A stretch of 64,000 nucleotides of DNA from Nitrospinota bacterium (GTDB lineage Bacteria; Nitrospirota; Nitrospiria; Nitrospirales; UBA8639): positions 907 to 64,906 of the forward strand of contig JACZVJ010000001.1 in assembly GCA_022572725.1 (NCBI GenBank), in the 5' to 3' direction. The stretch's first letter is position 1; each line of letters begins with the position of its first letter. The translations under genes were made by a program, and so were the position numbers. This document shows positions 16,531-26,953 of this stretch, in pieces. Under the pieces are notes generated by a model. It saw nothing but the letters and a program-made list of their open reading frames with translations. It searched no databases and was not told where the DNA came from.

Positions 16531-19467
16531 GTGGAACTCCTCTTACCTGAAAAGGCATCTGCTGTGGCGAAGGATCTCCGCCGCCTTCTGGGGGCCCAGA
16601 AGGTCAAGGATGATGGACCAAGTCTCAATGCCTATGCGGTGGATGCCAGCATGTATAAAATCGTCCCCAAGGCGATTGTCCTTCCTGAGTCGGAATCCGA
16701 TATTGACGCGACCATGGACTATGCCGTCCGCACAGGGGTTCCCCTTACTCCCCGAGCTGCCGGCACAAACTTAGCCGGTTCGGCGATTGGTCCGGGAATT
16801 ATTCTCGATGTGTCCCACTTGAACAAAATCTTAGAACTCAACCAGGAGGAAAAGTGGGCCAGGGTCCAACCGGGGATGGTCCTGGCGGAACTCAATAAGC
16901 AACTTGCTCGTTCAGGCCTCATGTTTGGCCCTGATCCATCCAGCGGTGACATGTGCAAGCTGGGGGGCATGTTGGCCAACAATTCTTCAGGACCGCATAC
17001 GTTGCGCTATGGGTCGGTGAAAGACAATGTGATCGCTCTTAGGGTCAGGCTTGAATCGGGAGGATGGCTCAACGCCCGCGCCTTGGGTTTGGACGATCCC
17101 TCCCTTCACGACACGTTTACGCACTTTCCGGAATTGGAATTTGTTTTTGGTTTGATTCGAACGCATAAAGACCTCATTCAATCCAGGCGACCACGGGTCA
17201 GTAAAAACAGTGCAGGATACAATGTGTTTGACCTGGCCGATGGGATAGCCCAGGGGGTGTTTGACCTGCCCAAGCTCTTTGTCGGAAGCGAGGGGACACT
17301 AGGTGTTTTTAGCGAAGCGAAGATTCAGCTCGTGGATTGTCCCCGCTCTACGGTGACGGGGCTCATTCATTTTCGATACTTGGAAGAGGTCGGGGAAGCT
17401 GTTCATGATCTCCTTTCGCTTTCTCCCACCGCGTTGGAAATCATGGACGCCAATACCCTGGATCTCATTGGCAGGCACAAGCACGGGATTCCGTCTGATG
17501 CTGCCGCGACGCTGTTGATTGAGCTTGATCAGGGTGACGATCCTGGACGAGAGCAGCGCATCATGGAGTTGTGCCGGCCCTACCGGCTGTCTGTTGATCC
17601 CGTGTTGGCCTTCGAGAAGGAGCGCCAGGAAGAGTTGTGGGAAGCCAGAAAAGCCCTCTACCCGACTCTTTACCGGTACAGCCAAAAAAAGAAACCAATC
17701 AATTTTGTCGATGATGTTGTCGTAGCGGCTGAACGGACAGGTGAGCTGATTCGGTATCTCGATGAGGTGTTTGGGAAACAGGGGATGCCGGTGGCGATAT
17801 TTGGGCACATTGGCAATGGCAATGCCCACATCGTTCCACTGTTAGACGTCAACGATTCGGAGGATTTTCGCCGGATGGTTGAGAGCTATTATGAGGTGCA
17901 TCAGACTGTCTTGGATCGCTTTGGGGGATCGATTTGCGGGGAACACGGGGATGGGCGTGTGCGGGCCGAAATGGTCCGGCGCATGTTTGGGGAGGAACTC
18001 TATGCCCTATTTGTGAAAGTGAAGCAGGCGCTGGACCCGGCTGGAATCCTGAATCCAGGCGTCAAGATCAGTGATGTGTCTTTCACCGAGCATATCGATT
18101 ATGACCGGCTGGGAAAACCCTGTGCGACCTGTGCGAAGTGTAATTCTGTCTGTCCTGTCTATGATGTGTTTCAGTCCGAGGATATGAGTTCCCGGGGCTG
18201 GTTCGAAATTGTGACGGCCAAGGACTACAGTTACCTGAATTCCAAGCGAGTGGTGGAAGCCTGCCTGAACTGTAAGTCCTGCCGAACCATTTGTCCGGCC
18301 GATGTGGATGTGTCGGACCTGATCTTGAAGCGGCGGGCCGAACATCCCAACCGAATGGCAGGAGCGATTTTTGCTGTCCATGCGCGCCAATGGCTCTTTG
18401 AGCCTCTTCTAAAGATGGCGGCGTGGACCCAACCACTGTGGGATCAGCCAGGACCGCGAGCATGGCTGGAATGGGCCACGCGTCCCTTCCTTCGACGTCT
18501 TGCCGAAACTGCACGCTTTCCCAAGGAGATGAAACTTCCTCGTCTGGCCAAAACTTTACTCCGAGACCGGTACCCCGAACTGTGTGAAGATTCCCCGCGA
18601 TCGTTCCAGAATACGGGAACACGGACCGAGGGCGGGGCCCCTTTTTCCCCCTCGGTCTCTTCTCAAGGGACAGTGGAGGGTGGAGAGGCAATTTCCCAAA
18701 GGGTTCGCGGTGGTGTGGCCTATTTTCATGGTTGTGCCGCCAATTATTTTGATGATGGTGTGGGAGATGCCGTGATTGGGGTACTCCGACGATATGGTAT
18801 AGAACCGGCCTTGCCTCCTCAGCGATGCTCCGGAACTCCCATTGAAACATATGGACATCGAAATTTGGCAAAAGAAGGCGCTCGAGTTAATTTAGCAACG
18901 CTGGCATCGTATCACACCGTTGTGACTGGCTGTGCCTCCTGTACCCTGGCCTTAAAGGACTACGGCAAACTTTTTGAGGGGGAACCTGAGGAACAATCAG
19001 CCCTCGATTTGGCCAAAAAGGTCAAGCACATTTCAGAATTGGTGGCTGAATCGGAGCCGAATGGGCGCAGGGGTGGTGGAGGAACCGTGGTGTTCCCCAA
19101 GCGAAAGGTGACGTACCATTCTTCCTGCCATCTGCGTGCAGCAGGTGTGACGAAAGCTCCGCGACAATGTTTATCACAGGTGCCTGGAATTGAATTTGTC
19201 GAAATGGAAGATGCCGAGCGGTGTGCAGGGGGGGCTGGGACTTACATGGTGAAAGATTATGACACCTCTCAAAAAATATTCCAGCGGAAACGGGCTGCCA
19301 TTCAGCGAAGTGGGGCTGAGATCGTGGCGACAAGCTGTCCCGCTTGCATGATCCAACTCGACAATGGATTACAAGGAACGGCCACGGTCAAACATATTGC
19401 CCAGGTGGTTCTTGAGGCCTTGGATACTGTAGAGAGTTCTGGTCACCAGGAAGAGACAAAGCGGTAA
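16531..19467 (+). CDS. FAD-linked oxidase (GlcD-like) fused to 4Fe-4S dicluster and CCG (GlcF/HdrD-like) domains
   Basis: 978 aa with an N-terminal FAD-binding PCMH-type domain (PRAAGTNLAGSAIG). The middle has CxxCxxCxxxCP motifs (CATCAKCNSVCP, CLNCKSCRTICP). The C-terminus has two Cys-rich CCG-like modules (YFHGCAANYF, YHSSCHLRA, TSCPACMIQ). GTG start. Confidence 0.85.
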   Translation: MELLLPEKASAVAKDLRRLLGAQKVKDDGPSLNAYAVDASMYKIVPKAIVLPESESDIDATMDYAVRTGVPLTPRAAGTNLAGSAIGPGIILDVSHLNKILELNQEEKWARVQPGMVLAELNKQLARSGLMFGPDPSSGDMCKLGGMLANNSSGPHTLRYGSVKDNVIALRVRLESGGWLNARALGLDDPSLHDTFTHFPELEFVFGLIRTHKDLIQSRRPRVSKNSAGYNVFDLADGIAQGVFDLPKLFVGSEGTLGVFSEAKIQLVDCPRSTVTGLIHFRYLEEVGEAVHDLLSLSPTALEIMDANTLDLIGRHKHGIPSDAAATLLIELDQGDDPGREQRIMELCRPYRLSVDPVLAFEKERQEELWEARKALYPTLYRYSQKKKPINFVDDVVVAAERTGELIRYLDEVFGKQGMPVAIFGHIGNGNAHIVPLLDVNDSEDFRRMVESYYEVHQTVLDRFGGSICGEHGDGRVRAEMVRRMFGEELYALFVKVKQALDPAGILNPGVKISDVSFTEHIDYDRLGKPCATCAKCNSVCPVYDVFQSEDMSSRGWFEIVTAKDYSYLNSKRVVEACLNCKSCRTICPADVDVSDLILKRRAEHPNRMAGAIFAVHARQWLFEPLLKMAAWTQPLWDQPGPRAWLEWATRPFLRRLAETARFPKEMKLPRLAKTLLRDRYPELCEDSPRSFQNTGTRTEGGAPFSPSVSSQGTVEGGEAISQRVRGGVAYFHGCAANYFDDGVGDAVIGVLRRYGIEPALPPQRCSGTPIETYGHRNLAKEGARVNLATLASYHTVVTGCASCTLALKDYGKLFEGEPEEQSALDLAKKVKHISELVAESEPNGRRGGGGTVVFPKRKVTYHSSCHLRAAGVTKAPRQCLSQVPGIEFVEMEDAERCAGGAGTYMVKDYDTSQKIFQRKRAAIQRSGAEIVATSCPACMIQLDNGLQGTATVKHIAQVVLEALDTVESSGHQEETKR

Positions 19468-19554
19468 AGTCGAGATCCGACAATGTGGACCATCCATCAC
19501 CTTTCCCGGTGGAGGAGGGAGGTCTATGAGGGGATTCTTAGGAGGGATAATCAT

Positions 19555-19833
19555 ATGGTAACCATCTATGTGTTCGGTCAAACGCTTTTGCCTTGTGTGG
19601 AAGAGCCGGAAATTCAGTGTGAGGTTCTCGAACCTATCACGGTTAGGATGTTGCTAGAATCCAATCCGGAGAAGCTAGGTGGATTAATCGAGTTTATGAC
19701 AAAAAGCGAGCTGATGGTCGCCGTGAACCAGAAAGTGAGCACTTTGGAATCCAAGGTGAAAGATGGGGACCGGATCAAGTTGACTCACCAATTCCATCCG
19801 GACCATGAGGGGATTTTTTGGCATAATCCATGA
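19555..19833 (+). CDS. Small protein, possibly ThiS/MoaD-like beta-grasp, lacking a C-terminal GG
   Basis: 92 aa from ATG 19555 with a strong SD (AGGAGGG). The pattern MVTIYVFGQ...VAVNQKV...VKDGDRIKL resembles ubiquitin-like sulfur carriers, but the C-terminus is ...GIFWHNP. Confidence 0.4.
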   Translation: MVTIYVFGQTLLPCVEEPEIQCEVLEPITVRMLLESNPEKLGGLIEFMTKSELMVAVNQKVSTLESKVKDGDRIKLTHQFHPDHEGIFWHNP

Positions 19834-20017
19834 GAGAATTTTCCAACGAAACTCTCCGGCTCGTCTTTTTTTGAATAGGCCCTCCTCCTGCCTCGCTCCC
19901 ACAAAATTCTTTTTGCTTGAAATCAACATTCCGTAAAGCCGGAGTAGGCACTCGTGTGTCCAATGGACTAAAAGGCGGGTTTGCTCTTGGTCCTGGAATG
20001 GGGAGAAGGCGGGAAAA

Positions 20018-21004
20018 CTAATTGGTATCGGGGTGATCCGTGTCGAGTGGTGAAACTGGTGCAAGTGCGGTCATTCGGCTGAATTTTTCATATCGTGCGG
20101 TCACCAGCTTGTCCCCTGTCTGGGCTTCAAGCTGGCTGAGGTGAGTGCTAAGAGACTTGGCAAGGCGCTGGGCTGTAACCTCAACCTCTCGGTGTGCTCC
20201 TCCTAATGGCTCAGGGATGACTTCATCAATGATCCCCAGCTTCAACAGTTCTCCTCCCGTCATTTTTAAGGCAGAAGCCGCTTCCGGAGCTTTGGTGGTA
20301 TCCTCCCACAGAATGGCAGCGCATCCCTCCGGGGAGATCACGGAATAAATAGCATGTTCAAACATGAGGACTCGGTCGGCTACCCCGAGGGCCAAGGCGC
20401 CTCCACTTCCTCCTTCACCGGTAATCACTGCGACAATAGGGACTTTCAGGCGAGCCATGACAAACAAATTCCTGGCAATGGCCTCAGCTTGTCCTCGTTC
20501 TTCAGCTCCTACGCCTGGATAGGCGCCTGGTGTGTCGATGAATGTCACAATAGGACGGTTAAATTTTTCGGCCAGTTTCATTAACCGGAGGGCTTTTCGG
20601 TAGCCCTCAGGATTGGGCATGCCAAAGTTCCGGCGCACACGATCCTTTACGCCTTGTCCTTTTTCATGCCCAATGACACAAAGTGACCGACCTTGGAAGG
20701 TGGCAAAGCCTCCCACAATGGCTCGGTCGTCGCCAAAAGTCCGATCTCCATGAAGCTCAATGAAGTCCTGGCAAAAGCTGTCGACGAACTCCAGAATCGA
20801 CGGGCGTTGGGGATGCCGGGCGATTTGGGTTATCTGCCATGACGTCAGATTTCCATACACCTCGAGTTCCTTTTTGGTTAAGCGGGATTTCAGCATTCTG
20901 AGCAATCGTTGGACAGACTTCTTTTCCGGGCCGGATTTCGTCAGTTTTTCAATCCGCTCCTCAATCTCCTTCAATGGTTTTTCAAATTCCAAAAAATCTC
21001 GCAT
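20018..21004 (-). CDS. accA: Acetyl-CoA carboxylase carboxyltransferase alpha subunit
   Basis: 328 aa with FIDTPGAYPGVGAEERGQAEAIARNL and GEGGSGGALA. Confidence 0.95.
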   Translation of the reverse strand: MRDFLEFEKPLKEIEERIEKLTKSGPEKKSVQRLLRMLKSRLTKKELEVYGNLTSWQITQIARHPQRPSILEFVDSFCQDFIELHGDRTFGDDRAIVGGFATFQGRSLCVIGHEKGQGVKDRVRRNFGMPNPEGYRKALRLMKLAEKFNRPIVTFIDTPGAYPGVGAEERGQAEAIARNLFVMARLKVPIVAVITGEGGSGGALALGVADRVLMFEHAIYSVISPEGCAAILWEDTTKAPEAASALKMTGGELLKLGIIDEVIPEPLGGAHREVEVTAQRLAKSLSTHLSQLEAQTGDKLVTARYEKFSRMTALAPVSPLDTDHPDTN

Positions 21005-21022
21005 GGTGTGTTCTTGAAACCC

Positions 21023-24000
21023 TCAATCGAACGTGACTGTTTCCTTGCCGAGCACCTCTTCCACCTCCCTAACAAAATGGTCGCTTGGCAACACGGTCAG
21101 ATTGGGAAGATCCGAGGTATGAGCTTGGACTTCTGAAGATAATCGAAATTGGAGAGAGAGGGGTGTGGGTCCTGGATGGCGACGGAGCACTTGTCCCAAC
21201 TTGGGGAGGTTGGTCGACACCTCCAGAGTGTCTACCAGCCTGAGGGTCACCCGTTTGACGGGTTCCGTGTGAAGGTGTTGCAAGGGTTCGATTTTGCTGG
21301 CTTTAATGCGAAACCCGGTCTCCATTTGATCGACCATCCCGGTGACAGTGATAACCCCGTCTGGAATGATGGAGTTTTCGCAGTTCTTGTACAACTCAGG
21401 AAACACAATAACTTCCGCCAGGCCGTGAAGGTCTTCGATTTGAACAATGGCCATGCGGTTGCCCTTTTTGGTCATCATGAGTTTGATGGACCCGATGACC
21501 CCGCACAGTTTCACCTCTTTTCCTTCTTGCACCTCGCCAAGGGTGGCAGTGGAGTGGGTGGCCACCAAGCGCATGGCTTCGGCATAGGGGGACAAGGGAT
21601 GTGCGGTGATGAAAAAGCCGGTCAGTTGCCGTTCAAATTTCAACAATTCATCTTGAGACCATTCAGCCATCGTGGGGAGAGGACGACCACCCACAAAGAG
21701 GTCGGACTGGGTGGAATCGGTCACGGAGTCAAAGAGGGTGGTTTGCCCAAGTCGGCGCTCCCGCTGAACGAGGCTGGCTTCCTCAAGGGCTTGATCCAGA
21801 ACAGCCATAAGTTGTGAGCGGAAGGGTCCCATGGAGTCAAACGCCCCAACCTTAATTAATCCCTCCAGCACTCGTTTGTTCACCTTTTGGAGGTCGATCC
21901 GGCCACAGAAATCTGAAAAAGAGGAAAAGGATCCATCCTGCGTTCGGGCCGCCAGAATCGCATCAACCGCACCTCCGCCGACATTTTTAATAGCCGCCAG
22001 GCCGAACCTGATGCCGTTGTCCACAACGGTGAAGTTCTTGCTACTCTCATTCACATCAGGGGGAAGAATGGGAATGCCGAGTTCCCGGCACTCGGTAAAG
22101 TAACCGACCATTTTGTCGGTGTTCCCCATTTCGCTGGTGAGCAGGGCAGCTGTAAACTCAGTTGGATAGTTGGCCTTGAGGTACGCAGTTTGATAGGTCA
22201 CAAGGGCATAGGCAGCCGAGTGGGATTTATTGAATCCATATCCCGCAAAGTAGGCCATTTGATCGAAGAGCTTTTCGGCTTTTTTTCCTGAAATCCGTTT
22301 CTTTTTCGCCCCTTCAATAAACAAGGCCTTTTGCTTGGCCATCTCTTCCGGTTTTTTCTTCCCCATGGCCCTTCGCAGGAGATCGGCTTGTCCCAGACTG
22401 AACCCAGCTAGCCGGTTGGCAATAGCCATGACCTGCTCTTGGTAGACGATCACTCCATAGGTTTCTTTCAAAATAGGTTCCAGTTCCGGTGGATCGTAAG
22501 CGATGTGGGAGGGATCCCGCTTGCGCTTAATGAAATCCTCGACCATGCCGCTCTCTAGGGGTCCGGGCCGGTAGAGGGCTAAAATCGCGATCAGATCCTC
22601 GAAGGTTTCGGGTTTGATGCGCCCTAGCAGATTCCGCATCCCCGTACTTTCCAATTGGAAGATGCCGGTTGTCCGGCCAGTGGAGAGCAACATATATGTG
22701 CGCCCGTCATGGAGGGGAAGGCGGTTGATGTCCAGGTGTTCGTCCTGGAGCTTGGTGTCATTCACCAGCGAGACAGCATGGTGAATCATGGTTAAGGTTT
22801 TCAGCCCAAGAAAATCAAATTTGACCAGACCAATCTTTTCAATGTCGGTCATGGAATATTGGGTCACGAATTCGCCATTAGCCGTTTTGTAAAGCGGAAC
22901 ATGCTCTATCAACGGCTCCTGAGAGATAACCACTCCCGCCGCATGCGTTGAGGCATGCCGCACTAATCCTTCCAGCGCCATGGCGGTCTGCATGAGGTCC
23001 TGCATGCGTTGATCACTCTCGATGAGTTCTGTGAGTCGAGGCTCCTGGGTTAGGGCGTCTTTGAGCGTGATGTTCAATTGGGATGGAACCAGCTTCGCAA
23101 CCCGGTCGACTTCCGCGTAAGGGATATCCATCACCCGTCCGACGTCTCGGATAGCAGCTTTGGCTCCTAATGTTCCAAAGGTGATGATTTGGCAGACGTG
23201 GTCCTCCCCATATTTGTCGATGACGTAATTGATCACCTCGCTCCGCCGGTCCATACAGAAATCCATGTCGATGTCGGGCATAGTGACACGTTCTGGATTC
23301 AGGAAGCGCTCGAAAAGCAAGTTGTAGACAAGTGGGTCCAAATCTGTGATGAGCAGCGCGTAGGCGACCAGACTGCCTGCAGCAGAGCCGCGGCCCGGGC
23401 CCACGGGAATGCCTCGGGAGCGTGCGAATTTAATGATGTCCCACACGATCAAGAAATAGCCGGCATAGCCCATGGAAATGACCACCTCCAGTTCGGCTAT
23501 CAGACGACGCTCGTACGCCTCTTTTGAGATGCCGGTTGGCCGAAGACGCAGGCGTTCGGATAATCCCTCCTCAGCCAACTTTTTAAGGTAACTCTCCCGA
23601 GTGTAACCCTCGGGAACGTGATATTGGGGGAGATGCGAGGTGTCGAATGAAAGTTGGAGGTCGCATTGATCAGCGATCCGGCAGGTATTCAGCACCGCTT
23701 CTGGAAGGTCGGCGCAAGCCGCGACCATTTCCTCCGTGGACTTGACATAGAGCTGATCGGTATCAAATTTCAACCGATTGGTGTCTTTTAAGGTTTTCCC
23801 GGTTTGGAGGCACAACATGACATCATGAGGACGCGCATCTTCCTTCTTCAGATAATGGCAGTCGTTCGTTCCTACCAAGCGAATGCCCAATTTGTTGTGA
23901 ATCTCTACCAGCCCTCGGTTGGCAATGATTTGGTGGTCCAGCCCATTGACCTGCACTTCGAGGTAATAGTGGTCTTTTCCGAAGATCTCTCGGTATTCCC

Positions 24001-24484
24001 CGGCGGCTCGGATGGCGCCTTCCATATCTTTTTGGCCAATTAAATAGGGCACCTCTCCGCTGAGACAACCAGAGAGGGCAATAAGGCCTTCATGATGTTC
24101 CTGTAGCAGGTCTTTATCCATCCGTGGTTTGTAATAGAAGCCCTCAAGGTAGGCTTTGCTGGAAAGCTTGATCAAATTCCGGTACCCGGTCTGGTTTGTG
24201 GCTAGGAGAATCAAATGGTAATAATCGTTGTGAGCTAATAACCCTTCCCGTTGAGTCCGGCTGCCCGGGGCTAAATAGGCCTCGCATCCGATAATGGGCT
24301 TGATCCCCTGCGCCTTGGCCTTTTGGTAAAACTCAATGGCCCCGAACATGTTGCCGTGATCTGTCATGGCCACTGCAGGCTGACCAAACTCACGGACCTG
24401 GTTCAACAAGGGCGTGAGCTTATTCGCGCCATCTAACAGGCTGTAATGGGTGTGGAGGTGAAGGTGAATAAATTGGTGGGACAC
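21023..24484 (-). CDS. dnaE: DNA polymerase III alpha subunit
   Basis: 1153 aa with an N-terminal PHP domain (FIHLHLHTHYSLLDGA), a polymerase core and a C-terminal OB fold. Confidence 0.95.
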   Translation of the reverse strand: MSHQFIHLHLHTHYSLLDGANKLTPLLNQVREFGQPAVAMTDHGNMFGAIEFYQKAKAQGIKPIIGCEAYLAPGSRTQREGLLAHNDYYHLILLATNQTGYRNLIKLSSKAYLEGFYYKPRMDKDLLQEHHEGLIALSGCLSGEVPYLIGQKDMEGAIRAAGEYREIFGKDHYYLEVQVNGLDHQIIANRGLVEIHNKLGIRLVGTNDCHYLKKEDARPHDVMLCLQTGKTLKDTNRLKFDTDQLYVKSTEEMVAACADLPEAVLNTCRIADQCDLQLSFDTSHLPQYHVPEGYTRESYLKKLAEEGLSERLRLRPTGISKEAYERRLIAELEVVISMGYAGYFLIVWDIIKFARSRGIPVGPGRGSAAGSLVAYALLITDLDPLVYNLLFERFLNPERVTMPDIDMDFCMDRRSEVINYVIDKYGEDHVCQIITFGTLGAKAAIRDVGRVMDIPYAEVDRVAKLVPSQLNITLKDALTQEPRLTELIESDQRMQDLMQTAMALEGLVRHASTHAAGVVISQEPLIEHVPLYKTANGEFVTQYSMTDIEKIGLVKFDFLGLKTLTMIHHAVSLVNDTKLQDEHLDINRLPLHDGRTYMLLSTGRTTGIFQLESTGMRNLLGRIKPETFEDLIAILALYRPGPLESGMVEDFIKRKRDPSHIAYDPPELEPILKETYGVIVYQEQVMAIANRLAGFSLGQADLLRRAMGKKKPEEMAKQKALFIEGAKKKRISGKKAEKLFDQMAYFAGYGFNKSHSAAYALVTYQTAYLKANYPTEFTAALLTSEMGNTDKMVGYFTECRELGIPILPPDVNESSKNFTVVDNGIRFGLAAIKNVGGGAVDAILAARTQDGSFSSFSDFCGRIDLQKVNKRVLEGLIKVGAFDSMGPFRSQLMAVLDQALEEASLVQRERRLGQTTLFDSVTDSTQSDLFVGGRPLPTMAEWSQDELLKFERQLTGFFITAHPLSPYAEAMRLVATHSTATLGEVQEGKEVKLCGVIGSIKLMMTKKGNRMAIVQIEDLHGLAEVIVFPELYKNCENSIIPDGVITVTGMVDQMETGFRIKASKIEPLQHLHTEPVKRVTLRLVDTLEVSTNLPKLGQVLRRHPGPTPLSLQFRLSSEVQAHTSDLPNLTVLPSDHFVREVEEVLGKETVTFD

Positions 24485-24699
24485 GGGAGGGTTCCTTCGG
24501 TTGGAAAAATTCTAAACAGCGGTTAGGGAGATGTCAAACGAACCGAAAATATGAAAGGGGGGAGGGATGGTGAAGACCAACGGGTATTCCTGGGGGAAAC
24601 CTGAAGACCCCCCCCAATCTTAGGGTTTCTTATTGGAGGTAGTGGATGGAAATTCCTGTGACCCAAAATCCGAGTGGGGATGGGAGAACCTTCTGATAC

Positions 24700-25260
24700 T
24701 TATTTTTCTTCACCGAGGCTGATCTCATAGAGAAGCACCTTCCAGCCATCTTCTTCGGAGAGGTACTGCCCGACGATGGGAAGCATGCCGGTACCCGGCA
24801 CTTTGCCGGTTTGCCCGAGGCTTCCATTCTTTAAGACCCACATCAATTCCCCTGGAGTGCGGAGCTTCTTAAACCTGGGGTTGGTGAAGTTTCTTGGTTG
24901 AATAGGAAGAATTTTTGCGGCTCCGCCGTCTCCTTTTCCTTCTTTGCCGTGGCAACGGAAGCATGTGCCGCGTCCGAGAAATATTTCCTTGCCTTCCACA
25001 AGGATTTCTGGAGTGGATTCAAAAGGTGGTTTCAAAGCTTTCGCTTTCGCCAATTTACCCACGGGCACCCGAGGGATGCGAATGTCATATTCCCCACCTG
25101 GTTGCCCATAGCCGGCAGGATTAACGGCCCCAACCCCTTCGTTTCCCATGCAGACAGCTAATCCAATACCCATGACGACTCCCAAAAAACTTCTCACGGT
25201 CCATCCTCCATTCTTGTCAAACAAGCGGGAATAAATCCTGGTTTTTTTATGAATGCCCAA
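24700..25260 (-). CDS. Monohaem c-type cytochrome (class I-like), exported
   Basis: 186 aa with a hydrophobic signal region, a single CFRCH haem-binding motif and a downstream Met-containing loop (GTGMLP). Confidence 0.8.
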   Translation of the reverse strand: MGIHKKTRIYSRLFDKNGGWTVRSFLGVVMGIGLAVCMGNEGVGAVNPAGYGQPGGEYDIRIPRVPVGKLAKAKALKPPFESTPEILVEGKEIFLGRGTCFRCHGKEGKGDGGAAKILPIQPRNFTNPRFKKLRTPGELMWVLKNGSLGQTGKVPGTGMLPIVGQYLSEEDGWKVLLYEISLGEEK

Positions 25261-25443
25261 CCCGGATGTTGGGGGAGCACTCTAGCATTGATGCCCAAAA
25301 ATGGGCAATGGTGCGGCCTGAAAAGCTTGGATATGGTAAACCCGTTTCAGCCGGTATGGGTGGAAGGTTTATGGTAGAATGCCCAACCGACGACGCACGA
25401 AACCCGCCGTGCTTCGACGAATAGGGATGGTTCGGGAGGGGAT

Positions 25444-26022
25444 ATGCCGTTTGATGAGAGGGTCAGATCCCGGTTTTTTTCTGGTATGCGCCGTCGGATC
25501 GTGGAGCTAAAGGCCAAAACCGAGGAAAGTCTGGATTTTGCCATCGATAATATGATGCTCGAACGGATGGATAGCTTTTTCCGGGTCGAACAGGGATTAG
25601 CTGAGGTTGGCCGAATGGTAAGCCTTATTGAAGAAGAACTTGAGGTGGTCCAGGAGTTCACCCACGCCCAGCGCTTGGAAGCTCGATTAGAGTTTATTGA
25701 GGATCGATTCGAGGACTTTGATAGTGAGGTGCGGGAGCGGCCGAAGAGACGGCGCCGGAAGATCAACCTTTTCAATTTCTTCAAAGCCGCAGGTGGAGGA
25801 GACCCCTTGGCCCCTAAGGGTGAAATTCACTCGGCAACCCAAGCCTATGAGGTTCTGGGACTGGAATTTGGAAGTTCAATGACCGCTGTCACTCGAGCTT
25901 TTCGCCAGCGGGCCAAAAAACTTCACCCTGACATCCGAGACGGGGACCGTAGCTCAGAACCTGAATTGCGGCGGATCATTGAGGCCTATCAACATTTAAA
26001 ATCGGATGACAGTCTTTCATGA
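25444..26022 (+). CDS. J-domain (DnaJ-like) protein
   Basis: 192 aa with a C-terminal J domain (AYEVLGLEFGSSMTAVTRAFRQRAKKLHPD) containing the HPD tripeptide. Confidence 0.8.
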   Translation: MPFDERVRSRFFSGMRRRIVELKAKTEESLDFAIDNMMLERMDSFFRVEQGLAEVGRMVSLIEEELEVVQEFTHAQRLEARLEFIEDRFEDFDSEVRERPKRRRRKINLFNFFKAAGGGDPLAPKGEIHSATQAYEVLGLEFGSSMTAVTRAFRQRAKKLHPDIRDGDRSSEPELRRIIEAYQHLKSDDSLS

Positions 26023-26098
26023 ACCGATTGGAATTGAAAAGCGAATTCGCTCAGGTGGAAGTGAGCTAGGCCTCATGGAGAAGTGGCGTCAATGGAGG

Positions 26099-26449
26099 CT
26101 AAAGCAATGGCATGACCGTCTCCGGTGGCCGGGCCAGGATGACCCTTTCTCCCTTTTCGACCAGGGGACGCTGCAGAAGGTCCGGGTGCCTGATCATGAG
26201 GTCGATCAGTTCGTCTTCTGATTTTTTGGCTTTGGCTAGTCCGAGGGTCCGGTAAATATCTTCCTTTGGCCGCAGCACGCCTTGGGCCTTTAGCCCTCCC
26301 TTTTTTAAAAGGCTCTTAAGTTTCGCTTTGGTCAAGGGCGTTTCGTAATAGTTGATCGCTGTAAAGGGTGTTCCCTTTTCCTCAACTAATTTGATAACTT
26401 TGCGGCATGTCGTGCAGGTGGGTTTTTGGTAAATAGTGAGATGTGGCAT
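26099..26449 (-). CDS. ArsC/Spx/YffB-family thioredoxin-fold protein
   Basis: Starts at MPHLTIYQKPTCTTCRK (ATG 26447-26449). The family pattern is TPFTAINYYETPLTKAKL...LLQRPLV. The longest ORF start at 26545 adds an implausible leader. Confidence 0.8.
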   Translation of the reverse strand: MPHLTIYQKPTCTTCRKVIKLVEEKGTPFTAINYYETPLTKAKLKSLLKKGGLKAQGVLRPKEDIYRTLGLAKAKKSEDELIDLMIRHPDLLQRPLVEKGERVILARPPETVMPLL

Positions 26450-26584
26450 TGTGTTTTTGAGTCTCCTTTCTCTTGAAGTGATTTGCGCCCGCCTTGACGA
26501 TTTTTCCAAGCAGGTGATACAAGTTCGTCGACCTGTGTGAATCATAGCAAACGGGGATGAGGTTCCTCATCAGGAGGAAATGAC

Positions 26585-26953
26585 ATGTCTGCAGCAGAAA
26601 CTCCTTCCAGCGAACAATTTGCTGTTGCCACAGAGTCTCAACGGACGCTCAAGGATCTGAAGACGAGGCGGACAGGCCAGCCGGTTTGTGTGCTTGGGCA
26701 CAATAATGATCGAAAGGGGCAGGAGGCCGTCTTCCAGCATTTCAATGTGAGGTTGGCGGTTGTGAAATTTCCAGACGACAAGCCATTGGGTTATGATCCC
26801 TCCGAGCTCTTGTTGCCTTGCGAAATCCATGAGGATGGGGAAGCCTACTTTGAGATCAGGCCATGCCGGATTTGCGACCAGGCGTTTCCGCTGACGTCGG
26901 ACGAGTTCCGGGCTGACCAGGAACGGACCGAGTGTCCAGAGTGTACGCCCTAA
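26585..26953 (+). CDS. Hypothetical protein with C-terminal CxxC...CxxC zinc-ribbon-like motif
   Basis: 122 aa with GGAGG 8 nt upstream of the ATG. It contains CRIC...CPEC. The overlapping antisense ORF 26570-27031 looks less protein-like. Confidence 0.5.
   Translation: MSAAETPSSEQFAVATESQRTLKDLKTRRTGQPVCVLGHNNDRKGQEAVFQHFNVRLAVVKFPDDKPLGYDPSELLLPCEIHEDGEAYFEIRPCRICDQAFPLTSDEFRADQERTECPECTP

Noticed and set aside
18083-18871. Long antisense ORFs inside confident genes (18083-18871, 17299-17829, 21149-21817, 28310-29050, 59728-60351, 44446-44913 and similar)
   Set aside because: Each lies fully inside a well-supported gene on the other strand and has a biased, non-protein-like composition. 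This is typical of shadow ORFs in moderately GC-rich DNA.
25317-25330. 14-nt identity CCTGAAAAGCTTGG with 47167-47180
   Set aside because: A handful of 14-mer coincidences are expected by chance in 64 kb on two strands, and the similarity does not extend.
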